Shown in pieces: positions 40,273-52,305 of a DNA stretch of 64,000 nucleotides (positions are counted from its first letter, which is position 1; each line of letters opens with the position of its first letter). Source of the stretch: Takakia lepidozioides. Taxonomy: Eukaryota > Plantae > Bryophyta. Below the pieces are notes generated by a model. That model ran no database searches, was not told where the DNA came from, and saw nothing but the letters and a program-made list of their open reading frames with translations. The stretch is taken from assembly GCA_030704615.1 (NCBI GenBank), contig CM060732.1, forward strand, positions 70,680,001 through 70,744,000, read 5' to 3'. Position numbers and translations under genes: made by a program.

Positions 40273-40899
40273 AAATCATCGCAGCTCGATGCCGCATTAC
40301 TTCAAGAAGTTGGCATGCAGACCCTCGAACTTCCAATCCCACACTCTTTCTCTCCTGTCACTGACCTACTTGCAACAAGGGGTGACATACATGTAGTCCC
40401 GCCATATAATATATATATAAATATATTATATGATACATTGGCAGAAAATGGGAGGTAGCCCTTTCAACTTTATTCGCATTATTGAAGGGAAAAAAATTAA
40501 AACTCTTGTATGCTCGAAGGCCGCCGTAAGGCATGTGCTCACGGTGGACTGTGCTGGATAACTCTTGAACAATATTCCGATGAGAGGAGGAAAGAGTATG
40601 ACCTAGAGTAAACTAGATCCCTAGCCATGGCCTGTGCGACCAGAGTAGACAGGAACTGACGACAGTTGGCCATGCCTAAGTGAGCCGAATGATAGCAGAA
40701 GACTTGGAGGGGGAATCGTATTAGACGAGAGAGGAAATGAAGGATGGAGGTAGAGCCTCCTGCAGGGTAGCTTAGGGGAGTGGAGCAACAATGAACCCTA
40801 GCTATGAAGGATTACAGAGAGCCCCGAGAGGGGCGAAGTCAAATGATGGAATTATGCTATCTATGGAAGTGAAGCATGGCCTTAGATGTAATCATGATA

Positions 40900-42560
40900 T
40901 GTTTCCAATTGACGTCATTCCTCTCAAACTCGGGGGACGCTGAAGAGCTGGGATCTGTGACCCCCTTGCCAATGAGAGGGAATTATGTCCGCCCAGAGAT
41001 GTATCATTTCAACCACATTGTTGGGGGCATAAATATTGATGAAGCCAATTGGTTCCGTGTCATTGGGAAGAAGGAGACAGTAGAATTGAACTCTGCCTGG
41101 CTCCCAAACCTCATCTTTGAGACAGAACTAGTTTAGGGAGGGGGGGACGAGGATGGCTATACCTCCTGTGTTTCCGTTGTAGGATAGTTTCCAGAGCACA
41201 GAGGATTTCGGCCAGAGCTAGTTAGTTAATTTAAGGATTCTCCTATCATAGAGTTTGTGTCCTTGAAGGAAGTTATACAACGGCCTCTATTGGAATGAGG
41301 GGTGTAAGCCACGCAGATAACTTGATTTTTTTGAGTGCCATCTGATCTGACCCAAGTCCACCAGGGAAGCTAGCGCGTGAGCGCGCTCACGTTTAGTGCA
41401 CTAAGCGTGAGCACATAAAGGAAGCGGAGCCTATAGCCATGGGAAAAATAGGACCTATTGTCGTGGGGGCAATGTTGAATGGAACGTAGGGTAACATACG
41501 ATGCCCTAGGATCTAAGACGCCGAGTTCCATGCATGAAAATTTGAGAGGAATGTGTGGCGAAATTCTTAAGGATGAATGGCTATGTGGAATGGATGAATG
41601 TAGGATGAATGCAAGATGAAAAAAGATGGATAAATGAACCATGGATGACAGCAACACGAGGTTAATTTCGGAGAACTTGAAATCAACCTTGTGTCAACAC
41701 GAGGTTGATTTTCGGGAACTTGAAATCAACCTGGTGTTAACACGAGGTTGATTTCTGAGTGGACGTGGATGATTAAGAGTTTATTATTATTATTATTATT
41801 ATTTATTTTTTGGAAAACAAATTCTTTCATTTCTCAAATCAAGGTTGCGTAAACGTAAAGTTGATTTGCATCCTGCAATTTTTATTTTTATTTTTATTTT
41901 ATTTTTGGTGATGCAAATCAACGTTGCGTTGACGCAAGGTTGATTTGAGAAATGAAAACATCTTTTTTGCAATGTTTTTTGCATTTTGTATGGGACACAA
42001 TCAAGGTTGCGTTAATGCAACCTTGATTATGCTATGGATTTCAATCGTCTCTTTCAGGAGATAAATCATCGTCTTGCTTAGTGTTTCGTGTCTTCTAGTC
42101 TTTTGGGAAGTTCAGGGATCAACTTTGCATCAACGCGACATTGATTACAAGGGGGTTTAATGGGAGTTAACAAGCACTTGTTGCATCTGTGTTTTATGAA
42201 TGTATGGTTCAGGTACATTTACCATATCCTCATTTCCGGGGAAGTACCCGAGCGATGAACCTCGATAATACATCCAGTCTTTAACCATCCACTCATCCAT
42301 TGTTCATGCATTGTGAAGCATATGTCTATCTATCAGCCATCTTGCATTCAATCATTCATGAATTATTCATCCATCATTCATCCAGCAGTCATCCAAGTAC
42401 GCATGATATGTACACTCATTCCCGCGGGAATAGGTCTCACGGGGCTTCCTCATCCGCGATTGTAGGCCCATGCACCCTATTACGTGAGCATCTTTCCACT
42501 CACGGACTAGCAATCCCCCAAGTGCCCTTATGTTCCATGACGAGATACTAATCTGCATCA
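40900..42560 (-). mobile_element. L1-like LINE endonuclease fragment interrupted by an insertion (~41371-42477)
   Basis: MQISISSWNIRALG at 42558-42517 resumes below 41370 with GGIAILV...IGFINIYAPN; CTA occurs at both insertion edges (possible TSD). Confidence 0.6.
41420..42477. mobile_element. Non-autonomous foldback/TIR-like element with palindromic subterminal repeats
   Basis: 43-bp palindromic units AACACGAGGTTGATTT..AAATCAACC (41654-41756); AATCAAGGTTGCGTTAACGCAAGGTTGATT-type palindromes at ~41836, 41915, 41999 and 42117; mirrored GGATGA-rich and TCATCC-rich arms; degenerate ends. Confidence 0.55.
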
Positions 42561-42999
42561 TGGGAGGGTGACAGACTGAGAAGGTGGTTCTCAAATGATG
42601 GCCTAGTTGGGAAGAAACGGAATTCGGTTCTTATGATCAGTGGGGAGAAGAGAATGAGACTAGTAATCACTCAGGGGGGTCACTGAATGGACATGTTTCT
42701 TGAGCTCAATTATCATGACGAGGGTGTTATGCATGTCGGGCTGAGTGTTTCCATCAGTGTCAAGGGGTAAGAAACGACACAACTCTATAATAGATAGAGT
42801 GAACCATACTGGGTCTGCCAAAGAGCTGCATAAAGAAGTCGGAAAAAATGATGAGTTTTAGAGGGATTGCAATTGGCGTGCTAAAGAGGAACATATCAGT
42901 GCCCAGGTACATGGAGAATTCTCCCTTGGAAGCCGGGTAATTGAGGGAGGGGAGGAAATCCCTGGCTCGAAACAAAGAATACTATATTTTCTGGGATTA

Positions 43000-43385
43000 T
43001 GTCACGGACATAGCCCAGAGGAACTTACCAGGAATAAATACCAGAAGTTACCCAGTTATCATGTTACCGAAAGTTACCGTGATCTACCATGATCTATCAT
43101 GATCTACCATGATTTACCATAAATTACCATTAGTTACCAAATTACCGAGAGTAACTTGGGAAACTGCTCAGGAAACTTCCTTTGGAGGAAACTTCTCTAT
43201 CAAGATACCTCATTTGTTTAAAGAAACTTCTCCATCAAGATACCTCCTTTGTTTAAGGAAACTTCTCCATCAAGAAACCTCTTTTGGGAAGCCTCTTCCT
43301 AGTAGCCAGTATATATAGGAGGCGAGACTGGACACTCTTCAGCCTCGCCAACACAACTTCAAGCTACTCTTAATCCCAATCCCAG
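43000..43385 (+). mobile_element. Truncated LTR-like fragment with internal 10-bp and 35-bp tandem repeats
   Basis: Starts TGTCACGG; (GATCTACCAT)x4 at 43081-43120; 35-bp unit ~x3 at 43187-43284; TATATATAG at ~43309. Confidence 0.5.
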
Positions 43386-43899
43386 TACAGTTAACCCTAT
43401 TTTAAGTAATTCCGGACTTTTGGCTTAAATCAGGACCAAACTTAATATATAACATAATTAAAATTAATTCAGGTATTAATAATAATATCGTGGAAATTTG
43501 AGTCATTTAACTTGTGAAGTTGCATTATTCCACTCATGTAACATCGAATGGTAAGTCGAATGACGTACTTTGCATCAGAAAATTATAAAGATAAGATCGA
43601 TTGAATGAAGTTATTAATAAATTGATAGATGTATGACATAAACAGATGATTCAAGAAGATAATATACAAATGAAAAGTAAACATCCATACCATGCTTACA
43701 GTATAGTAGTACCATGAACCAATGTATTGCAAGTTTTCAATTGATGGATTAAAACGTTGAATGGAATAAGGTTGGATTTCAATGAAACATGTGAATTATG
43801 TTTCAAAACATTTAGGGATCATTCCGATGTTCATATGACGACCAAATATTGTGGAAGAGTGTCATGTCGATTCAGCTATAAAGTCATTGAACCAAGCTG

Positions 43900-44682
43900 G
43901 AATTAGGTTTTGGATTTTAGATTTTTAGCTAAGAGTTTGGCTGGGTACAGTGAAACATAGTACTTGGTATGAATGGAAAGAAAATATGGGAAAGTGTACA
44001 GATGACTTGGCACCTATGAAAATTTATTAATGAAATATCCCAACCACAGATTGTATCCAAATTTTCTATGAGGAATGTGAATCAAACAGTGGAGTTTGGT
44101 TTTAGGGTTTAAGGTCTTAGAAAACTGTAAATGGACAAACAATTATGGAGTTTGAGTCTTTTACCCAATACATACAACAATTCATGAAAAATTATCCCCA
44201 CCACTTCGACCGTACCCAAAATTGGAAGTAATAAATAAATAAGCATCAAACATTGAATTAGGTTTTAGGTATAGAGTTTGCGAGGTACTAAGCATAGTAC
44301 TCGGTATGAATGGAAAAGAAAATATTGGGAAGGGTACAGATGAGTTGTCACCTATGATTTAGGGTTTAGGGAATAAAATTTCCCAATCACAGATTGTATC
44401 TAATCTATGAAGAATGCGCATCAAACAATGGAGTTACGTTTAAGGGTTTAGGGTTTAGGGTTTAGAGAACTATAAATGGACAAACAATTATGGAATGTGA
44501 GTCTTTACGTGGAGGTCTACAACAATTCAGGAAATTCCCTCCACTTCGACCGCACCCAAAACTGGAAGCATAAAATTAAATAGGCATCAGACATTGGAAT
44601 TAGGTTTTAGGGTACGGAGTTGAGTAGTGTAATAAACATACTACTAGGTATGAATGGACCAAAAAATCTGGGAAAATGTACA
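43900..44682 (+). repeat. ~340-bp AT-rich tandem repeat with TTTAGGG motifs, continuing across the inversion at 56519-56400
   Basis: GGTATGAATGG recurs at 43966, 44303 and 44647; TTTAGGG runs at ~44358 and ~44447. Confidence 0.8.
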
Positions 44683-47199
44683 ACCGCGATCCAAAGTTTA
44701 CGAGTAAATTTTGGAGGACACTTTGGAAGAAGATGGGGACGAGGCTGAAGATGAGCACCGCCTTCCGACCTACGACGGACGGCCAAACGGAAAGAGTGAA
44801 TTCCGTAGTGAAGCAATTCTTGCGGAATTACGTGTCGGCAGACCAATCAGACTGGATAGAACACTTAGACGCGGCAGAGTTCTGTTATAATAACACAGAA
44901 CACTCCGCAACGGGAGTTTCCCCTTTCGTATTGGTCTATGGAAAAGCACCTCTGGTGCCGATAAGTTGGGCCGCCCAGGACGTTGAGGAACCGGCAGTAG
45001 CGGCGGTATTGGAAAAACGCGAGCGTTTGTTGAAGCTCGTAAAGTACAACATTGCCAAAGCTAGGAAACGGTATGACAGGCAGGCGAATCGGAAGCGGAG
45101 GGAAGTGAAGTTTGAGGCAGGTACAGAGGTCTGGTTGAACATCAAGAATTTCCGACTACCTCCGGAAATGAGTCCGAAGTTCGTACCTCCGTATGCGGGA
45201 CCCTTTCGCATTCGGAAGGTTATGAATGAGGATGTATATGAATTGGAGCTGCCGGCAAACAGTAAGGTGCACCCAGTATTCCATGTCTCCCTTTTGAAGC
45301 CTTACTTCAAAGATGAAGCACGTCCGAATCGGCATCAAGTGTTGCGTCCGCCACCTATGCTGTGGGATCATGAAAATGAACCTGAGTACGAGGTGGAGGC
45401 AATACTTAAGTCGAGGAGGTTCAAGAACCGAGAAACGGAGTATCTCGTCAAATGGAAGGGCTATCATCATGTGGAGGCATCTTGGGTGCATGCCTCAGAA
45501 ATGGGAAACGCGTCCGAGGCGGTTGCAGCTTTCGAAGGGCGACCTCAAAAGTGGAAGAAGCGTTGATGGGGACATCAACCTTGGAGCGTGGGGGAGGAAA
45601 TGCATGCTTAGCCCGGTTTAGCTAGCTTAGGAATCTGATTGCAAAAACTTGTATTGTACAAAACGTGCTATAAATGAAATGGATTCCAAATGTTGTGCGT
45701 CCTATTTTGTTTGGAATGGTGATGCATGGTATGGTTGGCTAGTGTGTAGAATGCATACTAGTTTATAAAAGTGGGAGAGGTAAATTGGGTTAATCGTGTG
45801 TTTGCGTAGTGCCGAAATCGGGTGACCCCCATCCAAGGGGCAAGGAAACTTGCGCCTTCTTTGGGAGTTCACGTGCTAGTGCGCACCTGGCGCGTGCGCG
45901 TACTATAACTGCGCTACCGAGGGGGGTTGCCTTGTAGTGCGGGCTAACGCGGAAGCTACGTGCTTCCGTTCACGTACTATAATCGTGTAGCCTCGGGACG
46001 AAGTCGTAGTGCGGCTTCGGCGTGTTCCCGTACCTCAGGCCAGCATTCCAAGGCGGACCCAATTGTAGTGATTGGGGCGCACAGTTGGTTCAAGGTTATC
46101 TTCCTAGTCAAAGAGGGTTCCAGGTGAACCCTTGCTCAAGGTGATGCCAAAAGCGGCATCATGAGCGATCGCAAGCAATGTTGTTGCAGTAAGGCGATTC
46201 GATCCTCGGGGAGGATCGTTCCTTGGCCTTGAAGTAGGCCAAGAAGAGTGCACTGGGAGGAGCTGGAGAGGCTCCACCCTTGGCCGGGACTTGGAGGAAG
46301 TCGGCCGAACTAGCTAGTGGAGAGTAGAGTCAAATGTGGGGTTTGGTTCTTTGCCATGGGACGCCATGGTACGGAAACAAACTCCTTGATGTGGGACGCC
46401 ACAACTTGGATGTTCGTTTCTACAAAATGGACAAGTCGATGAGGACATCGACTCCCTGTTGGTAGGGGTGTGTGTCGCGGCCCTTTGCCTTGAGGGCAGG
46501 GGGGGCGGGACACATGAGGGGCTGCCCCTGTGGTGGGGACAGCGGCAGCGATAGGTATGGGGGGCTGAAGCACCCTTGAGTGCCCAAGGCACTCAGGGAA
46601 GCGGAGGCGCTCACTAGGTGGAGCCCGCACACCGGGTTGCGGTGGGGGTGGCTCCACAAGGGGTGGTGGTAGCTTAGCGGGACTTAGTGGGGGTGGCATA
46701 GGACTCACCATGGGGGCGGAGACCTCGTGGTGGGAGTCGTGGGGAGTCTTGGGACTCATCACGGTCCATAGGGGCCGTGGTGAGTGGGCCAAGACTCACC
46801 GCGACTCATCATCGGGAGTCGAGGGTTTTCGTGGTGGTTCGCCATAAAATGGCATGGCTGGTTGTGAAACCCCCCGCGGACAGCTACAGAAGTATATATA
46901 AGGGGAGTAGTGACCCGAGAACGGTGCAAGCCCGTTGGTGACCAAAAACTAGTGAGTAAGCGAGCGAGCCGGAAAGCGACCAAAGAGTGGGGAGCTGTTC
47001 CGGACTGCCATCTACCAAAGGGAATTCTCCTAGTCCCAAATAGGTGGAGGGTTTAGTGGGAAGCGAAGGGGACCGTTATGTCCCGGTGAGCAGCCGAAGC
47101 TCCAAGTTGGCCCGGGCGGCCAGGTTGGGAGTCAGGCGCGCGCATCAAAGCGAGTAACTATGACTTGAAGGGGAGCTTACCGAAGTGAGGTGCGCGACA
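44683..47199 (+). mobile_element. Chromovirus Ty3/Gypsy, 3' half: integrase C-terminal part, chromodomain, 3' UTR and 3' LTR (46473-47199)
   Basis: RDPKFTSKFW...TDGQTERVN, YAGPFRI, VHPVFHVSLLKPY, chromodomain YEVEAIL...YLVKWKGY...SW. 727-bp LTR TGTCGCG...CGCGACA followed by TAGAG. Confidence 0.95.
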
Positions 47200-47204
47200 T
47201 AGAG

Positions 47205-47741
47205 GACTTAGTGAGACTGTGGCTATTACCTCTTGTAACTATCTGGAGTTAGAGGGACCTAACCACTAGCTAGGGGGGCGATTGTGGCAGACTGATTTGT
47301 GTGTATGTATATGTTGTGTGGTTTGGACAGCGATATAGTTGTGTAGCGAGGTGTATGCGCACGACAGCTGTCAAGTAAAGTTTACTAGTAGTGTGAAACT
47401 AACCAATAAATAACTAGTTTATATATATGACACTTGGGCTTGATCCAAGTGTCAACCCAGGGGTCAAGATATTTGTTGGCCCCTGGGCGTGGCTTATCTT
47501 CACGACGAACGCGCGGTGAGGCTCATCTCTCTCGAGTTGAGCCTCCCGCGTCGGCTATGGCGCGTGTACTGTTGATTCTCCCAAGCCTTGGGGGTGCAGT
47601 GGGCTTGATTCTAATTTTATGAGTGAAATGTTGGTTTCGTTTTGTGCATCTTTTCATTGTGGCAGACTGATTTGTGTGTATGTATATGTTGTGTGGTTTG
47701 GACAGCGATGTAGTTGTGTAGCGAGGTGTATGCGCACGACA
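47205..47741 (+). mobile_element. Displaced 3' end (PPT + 3' LTR 47283-47741) of the DNMT/PHD Gypsy element
   Basis: Follows the TAGAG TSD whose partner lies at 58629-58633 in that element's 3' region. PPT-like AGGGGGGCGAT, then TGTGGC...ACGACA with a TATA-like tract. Confidence 0.8.
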
Positions 47742-47940
47742 AGTCATATATGCCTGCCTAAAACTGAGATGAAGGACTATATCATGATGATTCAGAACAC
47801 CCCCAGTGAATCTCTTGAAAACTTATCGGGTACCCAGAAAGTGATCCTACTGATTATTGTGGGTATTCGATGTAACCACATGGAGATTCTGAACTGGTTC
47901 AAGTACACTCCTATGAGCCCGTGAAGAATCATTCTATTTT

Positions 47941-48594
47941 TTATGATTCCGAATTGTCGGAACTTACAGTTGACGTAGGTGTGTATTGTGCCAAAAATGA
48001 GGCCAATGCAGCCGATCCGGGTCTGAGGTGTCTAAAGTATCATATTGATGAGTATTTTGGGGATCCCGGTGTATACCCTGGCGATGAGGGTGTATACTTT
48101 GGGGATGCCGGAGAGTACTCAGGGGTTGAGGGAGTGTACTTTGGTGATATGGGAGTATACTCCGGGGATCCGGGTGTATAATCTTGGGTATCTGGCGTAT
48201 ACGCAGGGTACATAGCGCAAAAATCATTTGATTCCGTCGATACTTCAGCTACAGGATCTCCGAAAGACCCTCCATAGTATTGTTCTAGAAAAGAACTTAA
48301 AGCTGCTGACCCGGGAGGAACGTCGCAAAAATATCCTATTGGTGAATAATTGTCCTGATCGTCTGATTCAGGGGAGTAGGTGTCAGGATCCTTTGTGGAT
48401 GGATTTGTAGAAACTGGAGATGATATAATATGAACTCCTTCGGAAGGTCCCGTCATAATAACCGCAGCTCCGCATTCACCTTGTGAGGAGGGTGAAAGCG
48501 TTGTCTTATGTCCGGTATGTTCCATACGAATCCACCACACTGGAAGAATCATCAAGAACTCGTGCTCAGATACAGACTGTACAGAAGGAGTCAT
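47941..48594 (-). pseudogene. Low-complexity ORF with seven Pol II CTD-like heptads, one premature stop
   Basis: YTPDTQD YTPGSPE YTPISPK YTPSTPE YSPASPK YTPSSPG YTPGSPK (48201-48055). The internal duplication YSPIGYF..PGSAALSSFLEQY vs YSSI*YF..PGSAALASFLAQY suggests the stop at 48040 is a GGA>TGA change. Confidence 0.6.
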
Positions 48595-48975
48595 GCGAAG
48601 AACGCGCGATCGCGCGTATTTTGTCTACAATTTTCCCTCCAATAACGTAAAATCCGATTATAAGCAACAACGATGTTGCTAAGCATGACGAACAGAATCC
48701 ATATACATGATTTTGTTCTTTCAGTCATATAAGAGTATCCTAACATCTATTATCCCAAGAAAATTCTTCTAAGCTGTAGCAACATCAGAACCACGCGCGA
48801 TCGCGCGTTATTGAGTTGAGGCACAGATGAACTAATTTCATCCCACTGCGAGAATTCCACCGGAATGACTATTAAAGTACATTGAGAACATTGAGGATTA
48901 TCCAGCTGGAAGTCGTTTTTATTAATATTTAGAATAAGACTGAAACGAAGAATCCAAATTCGCGCTTTGCGCAAG

Positions 48976-49832
48976 TTTCAATAATTGCATAATCCTTAAA
49001 ATTGCAAACTATGAGTTTACTGTCGTACTAATGAATGATTTCTCCGACCACGTACAGTTTGGTATCAGAAACTGTTCGTTAGTTCTCCTGTAGGTGACGA
49101 CTTGCACTGAATGAAGCATGCGCGATCGCGCGCGCACCTTTAAACCATTCTTGGACATCACATCTTCACTGTCCAATCTGAAAGAGTGCTCGACATAATC
49201 GATGAACAACCTAAACGATGTTGACGACAAGTAATATGTCAAACAGACCTGGACTTTTGGATTGATATTTGGATACTACAGTATACTATTGTGTCCAAAC
49301 TGAACACCTCCGCCCATCATAAATAAGAGTGACAATGCCACCACATATAGGAATTATCATACTCTGTGTGCATGACAAGACAAATAAAGTGCGACGGAAG
49401 ATTTTAGTTGACATTGTGTAATGTGAACTAATGTCTTCCGAAACACTTTACAGTTTTGAGTATGCACTCAGACATATCCTCATATGTGTCATCTAATCAT
49501 CTTGGTATCAATGGTGTTGTTGTGGTCAATAGAATACAAGTACCAACCAAATGAAGCACGCGTGATCGCGCGTGCTTCTTCAGGGCATTCTGTCGCATCA
49601 CATCTTCAATTTCTCATCCAATGTAGTAAACTATGGAGTCAAATTAGCGCGATTGTGCAAGGTTCAATAATTGCATAATCCTTAAAATTGAAAACATTGA
49701 GTTTATTGTCCTACTAATGAATGATTTCTTCGATCCAGTTTGGTATTACCTACTGTTCGTTAGTGCTCATATAGGTGACGACTTTTACTGAATGAAGCAC
49801 GCGCAATCGTGCGTGCTTCGTTCAAACCATTT
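48976..49832. repeat. ~170-bp dispersed direct repeat (48976-49149 and 49663-49831)
   Basis: TTCAATAATTGCATAATCCTTAAAATTG...TGAATGAAGCA.GCGC.ATCG occurs in both copies. Confidence 0.85.
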
Positions 49833-52305
49833 AACTTGATGAAAGTGCTTACTGGTCTCGCTCCAAGTCTAACTAAACCATGTTTCTCAATACTATCACT
49901 GAAATAAACACGGGCGATCGCGCGAGGTTTTCTCTACGGCTTACAAAATCACTAGGAATCCCTACTTCGAGAGGCACGTAATGCAGATCATGGAAATAAT
50001 GTGCATAACCGAATCGAGCCAAAAACACAGTTTGGTATCCAGAACTGTACATGGTAAAACGAGTTCACGCGCGATTGCGCGTGAATGGACTGTGTCATGG
50101 TACCTATATTGAGGCCTACACCATAGGCTGCAAACCCTAAACAGTTGCCAGCTGTACCTACGAACCCTATGAAATCGAAATTTCTCATATCTCGAATCTG
50201 GAGTCATTCCTCAAGGAAAGCGTACATATCCCGGAATCTTCCACAATTCCCAATCCTTCTATCGACCATCCTACCTCTTTAACTCTGGAATCAATCCAAA
50301 AATCAAAACAAGCAATCAAACAATCAAAACAAGCAAACAATCAATCAAGCATGCAACTTCTACCTTCCTGCAATCTCTGCAGCCCATAGAAGAATCCCTC
50401 ACTGCATGCACGAAGAAGTCGGGAAATTTTTTTACTTGCTTGATGCCATTTCAGGCAAGGATCCTCCCTGCAGGGCTGAATGAGCTCTCTCGCTCGGGTG
50501 CGCACAACAGCTTCCGGGATAGCGTACTCTCTTGTTTTGCCCTCCTTTCACTCTGTCACACTTCCCCGCACACAGTGAATTGCTCAAACCCACACTCACT
50601 CCAACTCACGCTCCCTCGATCTCTCACTCTCTCGCTTACTCGATCTCCACCTCTCTGCCTCTCTCGCTCAGCCGCTCTCTCTCGCACCTCTTCCTTGAGT
50701 CCAAAATTGAACAGGGCTTCCGCATGTATCAAATGAATACAAAAGGAGACTCCTTTCGGTCACTCCTCCTTATATGCCTTACCACCTGTGATCTCAACCG
50801 TCGGCATTATGTCGCATCCTACGGTTTGTGGCCTCGATGCATGGATGAATGAAAGGCGAGATGTTTTCCAACGGTTCGCTGAGGACCCCTAAATTTATGC
50901 AGGTACAATCAATGATGCGACATGACTATTAGTGATGAATGGACTCCACTAGTTTGTCCAGAGCGTTACGGCGCGACAATCCGACGCCTTCATAAAGTGA
51001 ACACCCTGGAATTATTGCGGGTTCCCGTGACGGCGCTCATCCATGAGGGGAGTTGAATCCTCCACTAGGGCAGTCATCTCATCCAGTATACGTTTGTTTC
51101 ATTCGCGAAGGCTCTTATTTCAGCCAATGATAAAATATTATTCATAGGTTCAATAATGAGGTGTCGGTACGTGCATCTGGGATTTGATCGGTCTCACGTT
51201 TTCTCTACCTACACCTCATCTGCGGCCCCACGTTCATTGCGGCTACTTAATGTCACCATGCCACCGCCGGCTCATCACAATGGCCTTAAGAGGCGGCCAC
51301 TTTCGTCGCCGACTATTCCTTCTCTTGTATCATTAATTCAACATTGGATTTTCTGCTTCTCTGGTGCTTTGGATGTCAGATTCCAGATCTCGAATCAGTT
51401 AGTTATTCGCATTGGACACAATAACTTAGGGACCCATTAATGTTCGTTGGATTTCAGACTCCTACTTGAATTTATGCTCTGGAGAACACATAATAGCCAC
51501 TAGATTACACGAAGGAGCATATCCAGGGCGACAATTTGCCGATCCATGACACTCCAAACGCACCTCTGTAATGTGAACACGTCGACCTCGTACTATTTGA
51601 CAATCCGTATAAGAGCCTGCCATGTGCACGCATGCCATTTTTTCCCTCTCAGTTGCTCTGGCTCACTGATCTTCAGGACTGTCTGTTTTACGTTCATTCT
51701 TCCCTTTGTACTCCTGTCAATATTGAGAGCCTCTCCACTTCATCTGGGTTTCTCTTCTAAATCTCTGCTCCTCTGTTCCCATCCACCGTCTGCAAAGATC
51801 TTACATACACACCCGATCGTTTTATGTACTTCGAATGATCATTCGCACTACAGCTGTTTCGTTCATCCATGTTTCATTTATTCATCCATTTTCTTACTTG
51901 TCATCCAAAACTCGTCTACCATTATTCATCCGTCCTTCATTTCATCCATCTGAACCACGCGCGAATGCCCGTCGATGTGGTTCTATTTCTGTTATGGAGT
52001 CGTAGACAATGTTGTGCATTTGGGTCGTAGCTTTAGCAGATCCTTTAATTTTCTACAAATTTCTATTTCGACCAATAGAGATCTACGTTCTACATTATAG
52101 TAGACATCCGAGAGTCCGAGTTCTATTTTCGATTTCCAAATCATTATAACCCTTAACGCGGGCGATCGCGCGAGGTTCATCTTCATCTTCATCCTCAATT
52201 TTTCTTAACAAACTTCAGTAACTTATTGTTTCACTCTTTCTTAGTGTCCATCGATATAGTGCTGAATCATTAATCACCAGAATCTCTACTGTAGGATACA
52301 TGCGC

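Noticed and set aside
41654-42150. Palindromic repeats resembling a CRISPR array
   Set aside because: Irregular spacing, degenerate units and low-complexity spacers; better explained as TE subterminal repeats.
44358-44465. True telomere or chromosome end
   Set aside because: Only 2-3 perfect units embedded in a larger repeat.
46310-46983. Pro-rich ORFs here and at 58061-58783
   Set aside because: Lie within GC-rich LTRs, and their frames differ between the two LTR copies.
48040-48594. RPB1/NRPB1 gene
   Set aside because: Only seven degenerate heptads and no polymerase domains nearby.
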